Assembly: GCA_900088475.1 (NCBI GenBank) | Contig: FLMG01001584.1 | Span: forward strand, 41,010-105,009 | Reading direction: 5' to 3' | DNA length: 64,000 nucleotides | Source: Hyphochytrium catenoides | Taxonomy: Eukaryota > Protista > Hyphochytriomycota | In this document: one piece after another, positions 61,199 through 64,000 of the stretch | Layout of the letters: each line of letters starts with the position of its first letter | Numbering within the stretch: the first letter of the stretch is position 1 | Program-made: the position numbers and the translations under genes | Notes under the pieces: model-generated | Databases searched by the model: none | What the model was told of the DNA's origin: nothing | What the model saw: the letters and a program-made list of their open reading frames with translations, nothing else

Positions 61199-64000
61199 TT
61201 ATTGGTTATCGTCTTCCCACGCCGTGTTCTGAGGGTCCACTGCGTCATCCGCATCAATGGCTGTGCAGCTGTATATTGCATATCGAATTTTTTCACTCAT
61301 GATCGCCTCTGATGAATAGCGTGGCAACTCCACGGAGAAAAAGCACGTATGAGCCACTGGGAGGTAGGAGTCCGCGGGGGACTTCGTGAAGCTTTGAATC
61401 TTGAACTTTTGCGGGAAGTCACCCTATAATATAGAAATGGGAGCCCAACACCCCTGTTAGGGGGTAGATCACGTGCCAGAACATTGGACATGGAAGTTTC
61501 ACGCAGAAAAGTCTCAACCCTAGACTATGGCTACAAAAACTCCTCCCAGCCGGCCAAGATCAATAAGAGCTACTAATGATCAGACAGATACTCTCAGTCT
61601 CGTCAGTAACTCAGTTCTTTGAAGTGCAATGGTAGCCACAGGATGAGATCGCGTAAGGCACTATGGTTGGGGATGGAAATCATTCACGATGCACGTATTA
61701 CCTTAGAGAGGGGGAGCCTATCCCGACCCCAAGTGAAACGGAGGAACGCACAGAGGTCTTCCTGAGAGAAAGAGCGAAGGACGTTCCAAAGCATAGTTAC
61801 ATGTTCGTCATCCGCTCTGCAACCGCTGTATTCCGTGCACTCTCGAAGCAGCTCTATGTCAATATTTGGAGTCCCGCACACAAAGCGCTCCAGTTCCGGC
61901 CATGTGAAGAGGGATAACAGAGAGATAGGGATAATGGTCGCCAGTCCTCTAAAGCATCAGTTAAGGACAAGGGAAGGGGGACATGAAGCACAGACAGAGC
62001 TCAGTAACCATGTTACTCATTGTTCTGATCAGTCCCCCAGAAGACTAACGCATGCCATTTAAAGTGGCAAAGCTAGGAAAACTTGCTCTGAGTATGAGAA
62101 ACTGCGTCGCTCACCTCCTTATGGCGGAGCATTGAACATCAAACTCATGGATACGATGCTCCTGGACAAGAGCTGCATACTTCCCTCTCTCGTCAAATGA
62201 CACTGGAGTGTTGCGGCCTTTGGGGATGAGGTCGACTGTCCGGTTATCTGCAGATTAAAGGGGTTAGTATGGGCAAAAGCTTTCGGGGGAAATCAAGGAG
62301 GCCAGAGCTGCCTCTTGGCCAAGCGTCCCAAAAGCTTAGCTATTCTTTTCATTGTTCTTGCCCTTTGTGTGACGTTACCTGATGATAAGACGGAGTAGGT
62401 AAGAGAGGAACCGAATATGTCCTCATAAGCCTCCCTGGACACCCCCTGAAGGTGCAGATCTCTGAGCTTTTTCATCGAGCTAACCAACGCATGGTCTGTA
62501 GCTTCCAAATCATCGAGGTCCAGCCGCTCTTTAACAAGCTGCTTCCAGAGTATCTGAGATAGGCGGAGGGGCAGGTACTCCTTGCTTCTGATCGCTACTC
62601 CCATCAACCGCCCAACAAACTCGAACATCTGCCCAGTCCACGAATATGTTAGAAAACCATTAGAGCGATAGCTAAGAGTACGGCAACTTCGGTGTCTTCA
62701 GACTCGAATGAGGCAAGTTCCATTCCCGATTTCTCTTTAAGGGCTCCGCCGTCCAGGATAAAGGCTTTACCTCGATATGGATTTTCTCCTTGGCGCTGGG
62801 ATTGGGTACCCAATTTTCCCTGTGCTGTCCAGTGTTGGTCAGGCAATTTTGACTGGGAATGAAGAGTTGTAGCTGCGTTGACTGAAGCTCGCTACAGAAA
62901 TAGCTTAGAGCCTCCCTATATGGCCCACCAGCATCAGTGGCTTGTTCTCCTGCACATAAACAGGTAAAGATTATTTGACACAGAAGCAGTCCGGATCACA
63001 CTTCCACCTCTCAAAAACCTTACCTAAAAACTGGACCTTGAAGGCCCTTCCGCCGTGTCGCATTGACGAAGGAGGCTGCTTTTTCAGAACGTGAAAAGCT
63101 TGTCCAAAAAGCGAGTACCTACACAGTTGCGACTCTCTTAGGAAGCAACAGACCACGTTTGCTGGTCTAACTGAGCAATTTCTAGCTTCTACGGTTGCTC
63201 TGCCGTGTCCAGGCTCAACTTTCCTCTTGACTCACCTCCCTTCGACGTCAATTTCCCCGGACATTTTATGTCTGAGAGCTTTTGGACGATTCAGTACAAT
63301 GGTTGGTGTGGACTCTGCACCGCTTGTATCTACTAACGCCTGTGTCCAGACCTCGGACTTTATCGGCCAGAAGACCAGATGTCGGCATCGACTCACCAAA
63401 TTGGCGAGAGAGTGAAGTTTCTCTGCTCTAGTGAAATCAATGAAAGGCAGCGCCTTGACAATACCTGCATTGAAGTCCTGACACAGGAAGTCAGCGGTAC
63501 ATTCCGATGGGTAAGTTGGCGAATCGTCGAGGAAGGATTAAGAACCTGGGTGTGACTTATGCTAGCCGGGACATGACAATAGGAAACCCGTTCAGGAAAA
63601 GTTAAAAGACAATGGAACGAGCCAGTCCAAAGACTGAACCCTGGGTAGGATTCTATGTCATCAGTTGGAGATACTCTCAGAAAGAGTAAAAACATTCATC
63701 AGTGATAGCCGGATTAAGATCCCTCCGTTATAAGACCTGGAGTAAATAAAAAAGTCTCTGGAGCTTCCCTTCACTAGTCTGAGCAAGGCCACTCTGGCGC
63801 TCGCTATCTAAATCTAAAATGGAAAGTTAGCATCGAATGCAGCCTGAAGTGCATAATCAATACTCACCAGCTTTAGGAGTATCGGACAACAGTCCCTCTC
63901 GCTCGAGCTCCTCTTTGACTTCCGTCCCGATGCTAGGCCACGTCGTTGACAACACATATTCCGTGGTCCAGCCTTTCGCCTCGGAGGTCCTGTTCAAACA
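61199..64000 (-). CDS. HECT-domain E3 ubiquitin ligase (HERC1/2-like C-terminus), 5' part outside the window
   Basis: FKVQFLGEQATDAGGPYRE, MFEFVGRLMGVAIR, FLRFTWGRDRLP and the catalytic region YLPVAHTCFFSVELPRYSS...YAIYSCTAIDAD. Confidence 0.93.

Overview
This is eukaryotic, intron-rich genomic DNA from a draft assembly with seven short N gaps. Introns are short GT-AG type, and gene content and style suggest a stramenopile or similar protist (inference). I found no rRNA, tRNA, CRISPR array or recognisable mobile element. About 13 spliced genes can be reconstructed by hand. The conserved ones are proteasome alpha-4 (PSMA7/PRE6), mitochondrial NADP-isocitrate dehydrogenase, MPDU1, AP-2 sigma, an NT-C2 + long coiled-coil protein, a PAM2+MIF4G (PAIP1-like) protein, a TTC14-like TPR protein, a ZFC3H1/Red1-like protein and a 5'-truncated HECT E3 ligase. 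Three features stand out. (1) A ~23.4-kb minus-strand gene encodes a giant secreted protein built from ~20 prokaryote-style Ig-like surface repeats. Other domains are inserted inside those repeats (two beta-propellers, a YHYH domain, ~5 'xVQ' modules), and near the C-terminus a P-domain contains a fucolectin-like domain that itself contains another xVQ module. (2) An apparently intronless gene has a Rel/NFAT-like layout (RHD/velvet-like beta-sandwich followed by IPT/TIG) and ends in a natural His6. (3) The ZFC3H1 homolog runs in frame into a C-terminal LRR + Cys4 module. All family assignments come from remembered motif similarity, not database searches.
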